Shown here in pieces: positions 1-9,584 of a DNA stretch of 64,000 bases (position 1 is the stretch's first letter; each line of letters starts with the position of its first letter). Source of the stretch: an uncultured delta proteobacterium (GTDB lineage Bacteria > Desulfobacterota > Desulfomonilia > UBA1062); the NCBI GenBank assembly GCA_963752595.1, contig CAVVYZ010000015.1, forward strand, positions 64,001-128,000, in the 5' to 3' direction. A model generated the notes under the pieces. That model was not told where the DNA came from. It saw nothing but the letters and a program-made list of their open reading frames with translations, and made no database searches. Position numbers and translations under genes: made by a program.

Positions 1-127
1 CTGAGCTCAAGAGAGAATGGATGAAATATTAATACGAAGGGGAAGGGCGCTTGATCCCTGATGTTTGAGCGAAGCTCCGGCGGAGCCGGTTTACGGAATC
101 GACCGGCGACAAGCCGCGGATATATAA

Positions 128-161
128 AAAGGGGCTGTTCCGTGAACGGAAGAGCCCCTTT
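128..161 (-). terminator. Intrinsic terminator-like hairpin downstream of the crotonase gene (possibly bidirectional)
   Basis: AAAGGGGCT...AGCCCCTTT inverted repeat; the upstream A-run is a U-tail on the minus strand; lies about 35 nt past the stop at 195. Confidence 0.75.
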
Positions 162-194
162 GTCATCATTAAATGAGTTTTAAGAATACCGGCT

Positions 195-1019
195 CTACTT
201 CCCTTTGTAAACGGGTGAGCGTTTTTCCATGAATGCAGTCATGGTCTCTGCAAGATCTTCGGACGGCAGGATCATGGAGCTCCTCGCTGCCACGTACTCG
301 AGCCCGTCTGCAATGCTCTTGCCCCTGCAGAAGTTCAGGACATCCTTGGCGCCCTGGACAGCGAGCGGCGCCTGGGCAGCGATCTCGAGGGCCAGATCCT
401 GTGCACCCTTGAGCAGGGATTCTTTGTCCGGGTACACGGCGTTGACCAGGTTGATCTCTTTTGCCCTCTGGGCATCGATATACTTGGCAGTGAATGCTAG
501 TTCCCTGGTGATCCCCTGGCCCACGATATGAGGCAGGCGCTGGAGCACGCCCACATCGGCGATTATGGAAACTGCAGACTCTCGGAGCGAAATTTTCGCA
601 TCGAGCGAAGCGAGGCGGATATCGCAGGCAGAGCCAAGGTCCAGGGCTGCCCCGATGCAGTAGCCGTGGAATGCGCAGATGACCGGCTTGGAGCACTTTT
701 CGACGCAGGTCATGGCATCCTGGAGGGGGAAGATGTCTTTAAAGAGTTTTACGGTCCCCTTTGCGCTCATGTCCCAGTTCTTCAGCGTGGGGATCAAGGG
801 CGCCATGCCCATCAGGTCGATACCTGTGGAGAACTCTTTTCCTTCCCCCGCGATGATCGCAACCCTGATGTCGTCATCGGCTTCGATGTCTGCAAAGATG
901 GGGATGATCTCCTTCCATGCATCCGGCCCCATGGCATTCTTCTTTTCAGGTCTGTTCAGAAAGACCCATGCGATGTGCCCCTGCTTTTCAACCTTATAGA
1001 ACTTGTACGGTTCACTCAT
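195..1019 (-). CDS. Enoyl-CoA hydratase/crotonase family protein (dienoyl-CoA isomerase-like)
   Basis: LNRPEKKNAM, FSTGIDL, GYCIGAALDLGSACDIR and ADVGVLQRLP motifs; GGAGG RBS upstream. Confidence 0.9.
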   Translation of the reverse strand: MSEPYKFYKVEKQGHIAWVFLNRPEKKNAMGPDAWKEIIPIFADIEADDDIRVAIIAGEGKEFSTGIDLMGMAPLIPTLKNWDMSAKGTVKLFKDIFPLQDAMTCVEKCSKPVICAFHGYCIGAALDLGSACDIRLASLDAKISLRESAVSIIADVGVLQRLPHIVGQGITRELAFTAKYIDAQRAKEINLVNAVYPDKESLLKGAQDLALEIAAQAPLAVQGAKDVLNFCRGKSIADGLEYVAARSSMILPSEDLAETMTAFMEKRSPVYKGK

Positions 1020-1165
1020 GAATGTACCTCCCTATTTCCACACAGAGTAGAACGATATGGGTAATTTTGTCAATAATAGAGGGAATATAGGTCCGTCCGA
1101 TCCACTAACCCGGATATGAAAGTTTCATGCATGCCCGTGTTCGAGCGGGAAAAGGTGAAGCTCAA

Positions 1166-1194
1166 TTGACATTTTGCCGTTCAAGCACTAGAAG
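1166..1194 (+). promoter_or_regulatory. Sigma70-like promoter for the FmdB-family gene
   Basis: TTGACA-N17-TAGAAG, followed by an AAGGAG RBS and ATG at 1217. Confidence 0.5.
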
Positions 1195-1216
1195 CAAGAG
1201 CATGAAGGAGTAAGAG

Positions 1217-1423
1217 ATGCCCATCTATGAATACCAGTGCCGGGAGTGCGGAGAAGATTTCGAGAAGCTCATGCCTATGTCTGCGAAAGATGCTCCTGAC
1301 TGCCCGAAATGTAAGCGCAACAACGTGAAAAAGAAGATTTCACGGATTGCTTCCGGCAAATCCGGATGTGATTCATGCAGTTCCAGCTCCTGCAGCAGCT
1401 GTTCTCCGTCAGGGCACAGCTGA
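1217..1423 (+). CDS. FmdB-family zinc-ribbon protein
   Basis: MPIYEYQCRECG...CPKC motif and Cys/Ser-rich C-terminal tail; RBS present. Confidence 0.9.
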   Translation: MPIYEYQCRECGEDFEKLMPMSAKDAPDCPKCKRNNVKKKISRIASGKSGCDSCSSSSCSSCSPSGHS

Positions 1424-1436
1424 GGGTAGGGTAACG

Positions 1437-1456
1437 GACCCCCGGTCAGGGGGGTC
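1437..1456. terminator. GC-rich hairpin between convergent fmdB-like gene and purA
   Basis: GACCCCC...GGGGGTC inverted repeat; no clear U-tract. Confidence 0.4.
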
Positions 1457-2738
1457 ATGAAAACAGATCGACAAGCTGGATGGTCTCTTCCCGCTTCGGA
1501 CCTACAGAGATAATCGCTGCCTTGACCCCGGTCTTTTCTTCCATATAAGAAATGTAGTTTTTACAGTTCTTCGGCAGGTCGTTGTATGACCGTACGGACG
1601 AGATGTTCTCTTCCCAGCCCGGGAGCTCGTCGTATACCATCTGCAGATCGGGATACATCTCCAGATCAGCAGGCATATTCTCTATGAGGGTATTCTTTGA
1701 CCTGTAGGCGGTTGCTACCTTGATGGTTTCGAAACCGGTGAGGACATCGAGCTTGGTTACGGCGAGATAGGTGATGTCCGAGAGCCGGACCGAGTGCTTC
1801 AGCGCGACGAGGTCGAGCCATCCGCACCGCCTGGGCCTGCCGGTAGTAGCACCGTATTCCCCACCGAACGCACGTAAACGTTCGCCGATCTCATCATTGA
1901 GCTCGGTCGGGAAAGGGCCTCCGCCCACTCTCGTGGTGTAGGCCTTGCAGATCCCGAGCACGGTGCTGATCTTCGTAGGCCCGATGCCTGAGCCGACGCA
2001 TGCCTGGCCGGCAACGGTATTCGACGAGGTAACATACGGGTAGGTCCCGAAATCCATGTCGAGGTTCGCGCCCTGGGCCCCTTCGAAAAGGAGCTTCTTG
2101 CCGCTTCGCACTGCCTGGTCGATAAGTACGGGCGCATCGGTTACAAACGGCTTGAGCTTCTCGCCCATTGCTTTATACCTATTAAATATTTCTTCCTTGT
2201 CCATGCCTTTGACCTTGAGGATCCTGGTGAGATATTCCTGCTTCTCATCAAAAAAGCTACTCAGCTTTTTCCTCAGCATGTGCTCATGGACAAGGTCGAT
2301 CATCCTTATGCCGCACCTGCGTGCCTTATCCTCATAGGCAGGCCCGATGCCTCTGCCTGTGGTCCCGATCTGCTGGGTGGCTTCACGGGCATGGTCGATC
2401 ATTTTGTGATAGGGCATGATGACATGGGCGCGGTCGCTGATGGCCAGAGTGCCGGTGGTTACCGTGTATCCCTTTTCCCGCAAGGCATCGATCTCATTGA
2501 GAAGGATCTCCGGGTCGATCACCACTCCGGAGCCGATGACGCAACGTTTATCTGCGTGCAGGATACCGGAAGGTATCAGATGGAGGATGACTTTTCTGTC
2601 ACCCACCACCAAGGTGTGTCCGGCATTGTTGCCGCCCTGAAACCGGATGATAAGGTCTGATTTTTCTGTAAGGAGGTCGACGACCTTCCCTTTCCCTTCG
2701 TCACCCCACTGGGTGCCAACAACGACAACGTTTGCCAT
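1455..2738 (-). CDS. purA: Adenylosuccinate synthetase
   Basis: QWGDEGKGK, GGNNAGHT, GTTGRGIGP, EGAQG and GATTGRPRRCGWLD motifs; 427 aa. Confidence 0.98.
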   Translation of the reverse strand: MANVVVVGTQWGDEGKGKVVDLLTEKSDLIIRFQGGNNAGHTLVVGDRKVILHLIPSGILHADKRCVIGSGVVIDPEILLNEIDALREKGYTVTTGTLAISDRAHVIMPYHKMIDHAREATQQIGTTGRGIGPAYEDKARRCGIRMIDLVHEHMLRKKLSSFFDEKQEYLTRILKVKGMDKEEIFNRYKAMGEKLKPFVTDAPVLIDQAVRSGKKLLFEGAQGANLDMDFGTYPYVTSSNTVAGQACVGSGIGPTKISTVLGICKAYTTRVGGGPFPTELNDEIGERLRAFGGEYGATTGRPRRCGWLDLVALKHSVRLSDITYLAVTKLDVLTGFETIKVATAYRSKNTLIENMPADLEMYPDLQMVYDELPGWEENISSVRSYNDLPKNCKNYISYMEEKTGVKAAIISVGPKREETIQLVDLFS

Positions 2739-2771
2739 ACAGTACGCTCCTATTCTCTGATTGCCTACTTC

Positions 2772-2877
2772 GTTAGATCACAACCTCCCGGACTGAGAGG
2801 ACATTTTGAGTCCTGCCGATAATTTATCGCTTACGAGTACCTCCAAAGTAACTCTCCAGCTGACAGTGTGATCAAAC
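2772..2877 (-). ncRNA. Candidate structured cis-regulatory leader RNA of purA
   Basis: Closing stem GUUUGAUCACA/UGUGAUCUAAC (10 of 11 bp) enclosing three hairpins; starts at the predicted TSS; no known family recognised. Confidence 0.35.
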
Positions 2878-2885
2878 CCGGTGCA

Positions 2886-2914
2886 CTTGTAACAAATGGT
2901 CTTAAGCGTGTCAA
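2886..2914 (-). promoter_or_regulatory. Sigma70-like promoter of purA
   Basis: Minus-strand TTGACA-N17-TACAAG. Confidence 0.55.
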
Positions 2915-3030
2915 TAATTTACAGGGTAGTTTTAAAATATCCTTCAATATTCTCGTGATTTTTAGCTTGGCACAGAATATATATTCTGTAATATATATTA
3001 AGTAAGTAAGGAAGAGAGAGGAGGGTTTTT

Positions 3031-4192
3031 ATGTATAAGATCGATCTGCTGAATAACATCTCGGAAAAGGGCTTAAGTCTTTTCACGGAAAAATATGAGC
3101 ACCGTGCCGGCATTTCCGAGCCGGACGGTATCCTGGTAAGAAGCAAGGAAATGAAAGACATGAGCTTGCCCTCGAGTGTGAAAGCGATTGCTCGGGCCGG
3201 TGCCGGGGTCAACAATATCCCCGTAGACAAGTGCTCGGAAAAAGGCATCGTAGTCTTCAATACCCCGGGTGCGAACGCCAATGGGGTAAAGGAACTGGTC
3301 GTCCTGGGCATGCTGCTGGCCTCGCGGAAGGTGACGGAAGGAATCGCCTGGGCCAAAGGGCTGGTAGGCGAAGGCGACAAGGTGCCCGATCTGATCGAAA
3401 AGGGCAAATCAAAGTTCGGCGGCACGGAAATACTGGGCAAAAAGATGGGCGTAGTCGGACTGGGCGCGATCGGCATCATGGTGGCCAACACAGCCGAAGC
3501 CCTCGGCATGGAAGTGTGCGGATACGATCCGTTTCTGTCGATCGACGCAGCCTGGAGACTGTCCCGCAATATCAAAGAGGGCGGCGAGCCTGGAAAGGCT
3601 GCTGGCCGAGTGCGATTACATTTCGCTGCACGTCCCTCTGAACAAAGATACGCGGGGATTCATCAATGCCGATAAATTTGCGGTCATGAAGAACGGTGCA
3701 AAGCTCCTGAACTTCGCCCGAAGGGAACTGGTGAATACCGCTGACCTGCAGAAAGCCATTGACGACGGGATCGTAAGCTGTTACGTCACGGACTTCCCCG
3801 ATGAAGAGCTTATAAAGATGGATAAGTGCATAGCCATTCCGCATCTGGGGGCTTCCACCGAGGAGTCTGAAGAAAACTGCGCTATTATGGCGGCTATGGA
3901 ACTCATGGATTTCCTGGAGAACGGGAACATCAAGAACTCCGTCAACTTCCCGGATTGTTCGCTTGACAGGTCGGGCAAAAAGAGACTGACCATCGCTAAC
4001 AAAAACTCGCCGGGCATGATTGAAAAGTTTACGCACCTCTTGGCCGACAGCAATCTCAACATCGCCGACATGATCAACAAGAGCAAAGGTAATTTTGCCT
4101 ATAACATTATAGATGTTGATGGCGGCATTAACGAAGACTTGATAAAGAAAATCAAATCGATTGAAGGAGTAGTAGCGGTCCGGGTGCTTTAA
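3031..4192 (+). CDS. serA: D-3-phosphoglycerate dehydrogenase with C-terminal ACT domain (one frameshift at about 3575)
   Basis: ARAGAGVNNI, NTPGANA, GLGAIG, NFAR and PHLGASTEE motifs. Removing one A from ATCAAAGAGG restores IKRAASLERLLAECDYISLHVP and joins ORFs 3031 and 3686. Confidence 0.9.
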
Positions 4193-4235
4193 AAATAATG
4201 CCGGATCGGTTTTAAGCTTAAGCAAGGAGGGAATA

Positions 4236-4952
4236 ATGGCTGTTGTTGAATGGAAAAAGGACGGGACCGTTGCGATCATGATCATGAATACAGCCGAGAA
4301 CAGACACAACCCCGGCTTTGCAGCAGACTTGCTCAAGACCTTTGATGAAATAGAGGCCGAAAAGGAGATAACCTCGACCGTACTTACTTCGAGCGATGCA
4401 AAGAACTGGTCGCTGGGCATTGACCTCACCTGGATAACCGGAGCTTACGGCAGCCAGGATTTTCAGTCGATCAAGGATTTCATGTACGGCATGAATAAAG
4501 TTTTCCAGCGGGTTCTCCTGTTCCCCATGCCTGTCATTGCAGCCATCAGCGGGCATACCTTCGGCAACGGCAGCATCCTGGCCTGCACTTGCGACTTCCG
4601 TTTCATGAAGGCCGACCGGGGATACCTGTGCTTCCCTGAGGTCGATATCAATATCCCGTTCCTGCCGGGCATGCTCCAGATCATGAGGAAGGCGATTCCC
4701 TACTATAAGCTCGAAGACCTGGTGTACAGCGGGAAAAGGGCAGGGGCGGCAGAGCTCGAAGAACACCATGTCATCGTAAAGGCCTGTGCCGACGCCGATG
4801 CGCTGACCAAAGAGTCCATGGAGTTTGCGAGATCATACCAGAAAGGCAGGGCCATTTTCCGGGAGCACAAATCAAGGCTGCATAAGCACATTGTCGAGCT
4901 CATGGACAAGGAAGACACTGTATACATCGAGTTGCTCAAGCTCATGGTGTAG
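4236..4952 (+). CDS. Enoyl-CoA hydratase/isomerase family protein (delta3,delta2-isomerase-like)
   Basis: WSLGIDL, AAISGHTFGNG, ACTCDFR and FPEVDINIP motifs; strong AAGGAGG RBS. Confidence 0.85.
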   Translation: MAVVEWKKDGTVAIMIMNTAENRHNPGFAADLLKTFDEIEAEKEITSTVLTSSDAKNWSLGIDLTWITGAYGSQDFQSIKDFMYGMNKVFQRVLLFPMPVIAAISGHTFGNGSILACTCDFRFMKADRGYLCFPEVDINIPFLPGMLQIMRKAIPYYKLEDLVYSGKRAGAAELEEHHVIVKACADADALTKESMEFARSYQKGRAIFREHKSRLHKHIVELMDKEDTVYIELLKLMV

Positions 4953-5049
4953 ACCTATCGAAGGCTCATCATCCATAAAGCCGGATCTGCCGGCTCTCCC
5001 GTAAGCGGACGGATGCATGAGCCTCTTTATTTATGAACCGTAGAATGAA

Positions 5050-6015
5050 ATGGATAATAGAACGTTCAACCCCCCTTTCTACTTAAGGAGCTCACTCCTG
5101 CAGACTGTCCTGGCGAGCCTGAAAATCCGCGCCATGGGTGTGAATCCCATGATCGAGGCCTCCCGGGAGGTGATCCTCACCGTAGGGGATGGCGTCAGGC
5201 TGCTGGGCTTCCATTCGCCCCGGCCGCGAGCTTCATCGAAAGGGCTGGTGATTCTCATCCACGGATGGGAAGGGGGCTCCGGATCCGCGTACATCCTCAA
5301 TACCGGAAAATATCTCTTTTCCCACGGATACGACATATTCCGGCTGAACCTCAGGGACCACGGGCAGACCCACCATCTGAATGAGGGCCTCTTTTACTCC
5401 ACCCTCCTGGAAGAGGCCTTTGAGGCGGTAAAAAAGATTTCAGAGCTCGTGAGAAGCGGGCCGGTCTTCCTCATGGGGTTTTCCCTGGGAGGGAATTTCG
5501 CGCTTCGCATAGCGAGGAGGTTCATGCAGGAGCCTTGCACGCCGTTACATCGCATAGTTGCCATAAGCCCGGCCCTTGACCCGAGCAAGGCGACGGATGC
5601 CATTGACCGCCACTGGCTCCTCCGCCCATACTTCCTCAAGAAATGGAAAAGGTCTTTGAAGAGAAAACAGGAACTCTATCCCCACCGGTATGATTTCAGC
5701 CCCTTGTTCTCCATAAGGACCGTCCGGGAAACCACGGAGGCCCTCATCAGTCAGTCGGGACTCTATCCCGGTGCCCGGGAATATTTCGCCGCATACACCC
5801 TGGGAGCGGGATCACTCACGGATGTCACGATTCCTCTGACCATCATCACCTCACGCGACGACCCTGCGATACCGGTAGATGATTTTTATAATCTCGATCT
5901 TGCATCTCCCCATCGGCTCATTATACATACGTATGGAGGGCACAACGGATTCCTCTCCGGGCTTTTTTCGCCCACCTGGTATGAACGGGAGGTGATTCCG
6001 GTATTCCAAGGGTGA
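5050..6015 (+). CDS. Alpha/beta-fold hydrolase (YheT-like)
   Basis: IHGWEG, NLRDHG, nucleophile elbow GFSLGG, DDP and GGHNGF. Confidence 0.85.
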   Translation: MDNRTFNPPFYLRSSLLQTVLASLKIRAMGVNPMIEASREVILTVGDGVRLLGFHSPRPRASSKGLVILIHGWEGGSGSAYILNTGKYLFSHGYDIFRLNLRDHGQTHHLNEGLFYSTLLEEAFEAVKKISELVRSGPVFLMGFSLGGNFALRIARRFMQEPCTPLHRIVAISPALDPSKATDAIDRHWLLRPYFLKKWKRSLKRKQELYPHRYDFSPLFSIRTVRETTEALISQSGLYPGAREYFAAYTLGAGSLTDVTIPLTIITSRDDPAIPVDDFYNLDLASPHRLIIHTYGGHNGFLSGLFSPTWYEREVIPVFQG

Positions 6016-6047
6016 CGGATGAGACGGTATCATGCTGGAGTTGCTCT

Positions 6048-6458
6048 ATGAATACCCGGGCAGTCACCGGAAAGATCGTCTTGAGATATATTGCTTTCCA
6101 GCTCATGGGCCTCGCCGTGTTCGTCCTCGTCCTTCTGATCGTCCGGAAATGGATTTTTGACTATCCTCCGTGGCTTTTCTGGTCGCTCACGACTTTGTGG
6201 GTAATAAAAGATGCGCTTCTGTTTCCTTTATTCTGGAAGGCCTACGACTGGGAAAGCGGGAGTCAATCCCTTTCCATGGCCGGGTTGACGGCTGTTGCGC
6301 GGGACCGTCTGGACCCCCACGGCTATGTAGAGGTCAAGGGCGAGCTGTGGAAAGCAATGATCAGAGAAGGCACAAGCCCGGTAGATAAGGGTGGAAGGGT
6401 CAGAATACAGGGCAAAGAGGGGCTTACCCTCATCGTCGAGCATGACAAGGATTTGTGA
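6048..6458 (+). CDS. NfeD-family membrane protein (alternative start 6012)
   Basis: Two N-terminal TM segments plus an OB-fold C-terminus GYVEVKGELWKA...GLTLIVE. Confidence 0.75.
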   Translation: MNTRAVTGKIVLRYIAFQLMGLAVFVLVLLIVRKWIFDYPPWLFWSLTTLWVIKDALLFPLFWKAYDWESGSQSLSMAGLTAVARDRLDPHGYVEVKGELWKAMIREGTSPVDKGGRVRIQGKEGLTLIVEHDKDL

Positions 6459-6527
6459 TGAAAGATATCTCGATATCTCATGAGAAATCCGATAGAATAG
6501 AAACGTATTCGGTGAGGGGGATGACCG

Positions 6528-7286
6528 ATGGGTGACAGGGGCCGCCTGAAACAGCGATTCATACAGGAACTTGGCCGGGTGATCAGAAAGATCGAAGCAT
6601 CCGGGCATGTCCCGGAGGCTGCAAAGATTCCTGCCGACATCTCAGAAAATCAGATTGAGATCTATGAAAGCATGATCCAGCACTGTGCCGTGGCGATCTT
6701 TGCCATCGACACGGAGCACCGGGTTATCCACTGGAATAAAGCCTGTGAGGAGCTCACGGGGATCGCAATGGTAGATATCATCGGCACCCGGAACCAGTGG
6801 AAGGCCTTCTATGACCATCACCGGCCCTGCCTTTCGGATATTCTCATCGACGGAAAAGAAGAAACCATGCAGGAACACTACCACGTATACGGTTCTTCAA
6901 TCCTCATTCCCTATAGCCTGCATGCAGAAGGATGGTACCCTCATGTAGGCGGAAACGAGAGATATCTCATTTTCGATGCATCGCCGGTTTTCGGCCGTAA
7001 CAGCAAGCTGGTCGCCGCTATCGAGACGCTGCAGGACATTACCGAGCTCAAAAAGATTGAAGAAGAGAGGCAAAAGCTTAATATCAAGCTACAGGATGCC
7101 CTCGACAAGATAAAAACCTTGAGCGGATTGATCCCCATCTGTGCCGGGTGTAAGAAAATCCGTGATGACAAAGGATATTGGAATCACCTGGAAGAATACC
7201 TCGAAGAGCATTCCGATGCATCCTTCAGCCACGGTCTTTGCCCTGAATGCTTCAAACAATACTTCCCGGATGCCTCGGAAAAGTGA
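6528..7286 (+). CDS. PAS-domain protein with C-terminal Cys/His-rich putative output domain
   Basis: PAS (HWNKACEELTG...AIETLQDITE), coiled coil, then LIPICAGCKKIRDDKGYW...FSHGLCPEC. Confidence 0.8.
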   Translation: MGDRGRLKQRFIQELGRVIRKIEASGHVPEAAKIPADISENQIEIYESMIQHCAVAIFAIDTEHRVIHWNKACEELTGIAMVDIIGTRNQWKAFYDHHRPCLSDILIDGKEETMQEHYHVYGSSILIPYSLHAEGWYPHVGGNERYLIFDASPVFGRNSKLVAAIETLQDITELKKIEEERQKLNIKLQDALDKIKTLSGLIPICAGCKKIRDDKGYWNHLEEYLEEHSDASFSHGLCPECFKQYFPDASEK

Positions 7287-7401
7287 CGACCGGTCTGCCC
7301 TAGTAAGCATTTACCGGAGCGTTTTTCATCACCTGTTCATCAATCATGAGCTTCCCGGCAGCAAGCTGCCGGGTACCCCGATAATTTAAAAAGGTGAACG
7401 T

Positions 7402-8031
7402 ATGAGCGATCAGAATGTGCCGAACTGGCTCCAGTGGGCGAGGGAGATACAGTCCATGTCCCAGACAGGACTTGCCTACAGCCGGTCGGAATATGAAACC
7501 ATGCGGTACAGGCGTCTGCTCGAGATTGCTGCAGAGATGGTGGGAAGTCAGACCGGGATTGCTACGGACCGGCTCGTGGAAAGTTTCTCTGCCCAGCCCG
7601 GATACGCGACGGTAAAGGTCGATGTACGCGGCGTCGTGATCAAGGACTCCATGATCCTGCTGGTGCAGGAGAGGATAGACAACCGGTGGACGATGCCCGG
7701 AGGCTGGGCCGATATCGGGGAACACCCATCGGAGATGGTGTCCAGGGAAGTGCTGGAAGAAAGCGGGCTTATCGTCAAGCCGGTGAAGCTCATCGGGCTG
7801 TACGATTCCGACCGGGCCCCTGTTCTTCCGGATTTTTACCATACCTACAAAATCATCTTCTTGTGCGAGATACTGGGCGGAGAGCCCAAACCCGGGGATG
7901 AGACCATAGATGTCGGTTTTTTCAGCTTTGATGACCTGCCGCCTCTTTCAGGATACCGCACTACAAAAAGGCACCTCATGGATATCAAGGCTCACGTGGA
8001 AAACCCTTCAAAGCCGTCATCGTTCGATTGA
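7402..8031 (+). CDS. NUDIX hydrolase with N-terminal Nudix_N domain (ADP-ribose pyrophosphatase-like)
   Basis: WLQWAREIQSMSQTGL N-terminal domain; PGGWADIGE...REVLEESG Nudix box. Confidence 0.9.
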   Translation: MSDQNVPNWLQWAREIQSMSQTGLAYSRSEYETMRYRRLLEIAAEMVGSQTGIATDRLVESFSAQPGYATVKVDVRGVVIKDSMILLVQERIDNRWTMPGGWADIGEHPSEMVSREVLEESGLIVKPVKLIGLYDSDRAPVLPDFYHTYKIIFLCEILGGEPKPGDETIDVGFFSFDDLPPLSGYRTTKRHLMDIKAHVENPSKPSSFD

Positions 8032-8201
8032 TGAAGGAGATATCTGTTTTTGGAGCAGGTTTGTCATTAATCCCCGGCACCGGCTGCCGGCCCGAGAAGT
8101 CAAGCCCGACAGACATTCTGACGATACGGAGACGAAGAAACCCGGCAATCCTGGAGAATGCGGCAGGCCAGGTCGTCGGGCGGAGTTCGAGGAGAGATCC
8201 C

Positions 8202-9584
8202 ATGGATCATAGGGCTTCGGCAGGAGTGGGCAAAGACACCGGCAGGCGGGCGATCTTCCGTCGGAGGGTGCTCAACACCCGCACGGGAGATTTTTCCCGG
8301 CCATTGCTTGCTGCGGCAATTCTCCTTATCATAGCTTGTGCAGGGTGCTCACCGGCAACGCCGAAGCCGTCCACTTCAGGGCCTGCTGCTATCGATATCA
8401 AGAAGCTCCTCGACAGCAAGTACGATACGTTCGTTTTCCGTGAGGAATTCTCGGTAACTCTCTCACATCTCATCGATTCTTCATGGGATGAAAGCGGCAA
8501 CTGGAAGGGAGACCTCCAGGGCGATGCCACAGCCTTTGCTCCCATGATCCTCTATGCCCTCGGCCGGGAGACGGACAGCAAAGAACTGGTATCCATGGCC
8601 GATAAAACGGTGGCGTATGAAGCAGGGCTCGTGAAAAGGTGTTTCACCTGGCCGGTTCAGGGCATGAATATGGTCATCGGGTTCCCGGCACTCGTGCAGC
8701 CGTATCTCCGGACAGGTGATGCCCGGCACCTGCCGTTGTTTTTGCGCGGTGTCCGCATAGGATACGCATGCATCTCCCTTTCACCCGGGTTTTTCACCCC
8801 GTTTGTCAGGGACCAGGCCAGTGCGTACGGATTGATCGGATATATGAGCTTTGTCGCAGCGGATGTATCCGATGACCCTGATCAAAAGGATGCATTCATC
8901 CGCAAAGGGATCTCCCTGATCAAAAAGGCGAATGCACGGTGCTGGGATGATAAGGAGTCTCTGTACAGGTATTCCTTCCTCATGGACTGGTCTCAGGGAA
9001 CCATGATGATGACCCTGATAAAGGCGTATCGCGCGACAGGCGACATGAAACACCTGGATCAGGCCCTCCTTGTGCTGAAAACCATGGACCGCTGCTGCCA
9101 CGATACGCTTCAGGGCGGGTATTCAGGTCATCCCGATTCGGATACCAAGGGGCTTTCCGGGAATAACAACATGGCATGGGTCCTCCTCGATCTCTATGAG
9201 GCTACGGGAGATGAGCAGTATCTGGAAAAGGCAGGGGCTCTTCTTGGGTGGATCCTTTCGGAAGATCTCTATGACACGGCAAAAGGGCTCATCCGCCATC
9301 ATTATGCAAGGAAAACCGGGAGGGCGGCATATAGCTGTACGGGATGCAATTTCCATACATTGACCTGCATTTACCGTTACAACACCCTTCTGGAGAATCA
9401 TAAAAAACTTTCATATCAAGAATGCTTTGGCAGTCATGCAGAGTATGGTATAAGGCATCACCCTAATAGGGAAGAGGGATATCCTGTTGACGAAAAAGGG
9501 CATGGGGTAGAGGGGTCAAACCTTTTAGGGTGCCTGGAAAGGCATCTTTCTCAATTCATAAGAAAAAGAACCACAGGAGGAGAA
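8202..9584 (+). CDS. Putative lipoprotein with alpha/alpha-toroid (six-hairpin glycosidase/GH76/AGE-like) fold; no stop before the downstream gamma-CA gene
   Basis: Lipobox-like IIACAGC; helical repeats KAYRATGDMKHLDQA and DLYEATGDEQYLEKA; start and true end uncertain. Confidence 0.55.

Noticed and set aside
1360-1420. Cys/Ser-rich tail (CDSCSSSSCSSCS) as a RiPP precursor core
   Set aside because: It is the usual tail of FmdB zinc-ribbon proteins, and no YcaO, LanM or radical-SAM maturase is nearby
2790-2862. purA leader cloverleaf as a tRNA or ykkC/PRPP riboswitch
   Set aside because: No GTTCRA T-loop, proper 7-nt anticodon loop or CCA end; only a CCGGGAGG tail resembles ykkC, and the AGGGUUCCG core is missing
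3570-3590. Programmed ribosomal frameshifting in serA, recC, the aminopeptidase or the kinase
   Set aside because: No consistent slippery heptamer plus stimulator; these families are not known to be recoded; window-wide indel burden explains it better
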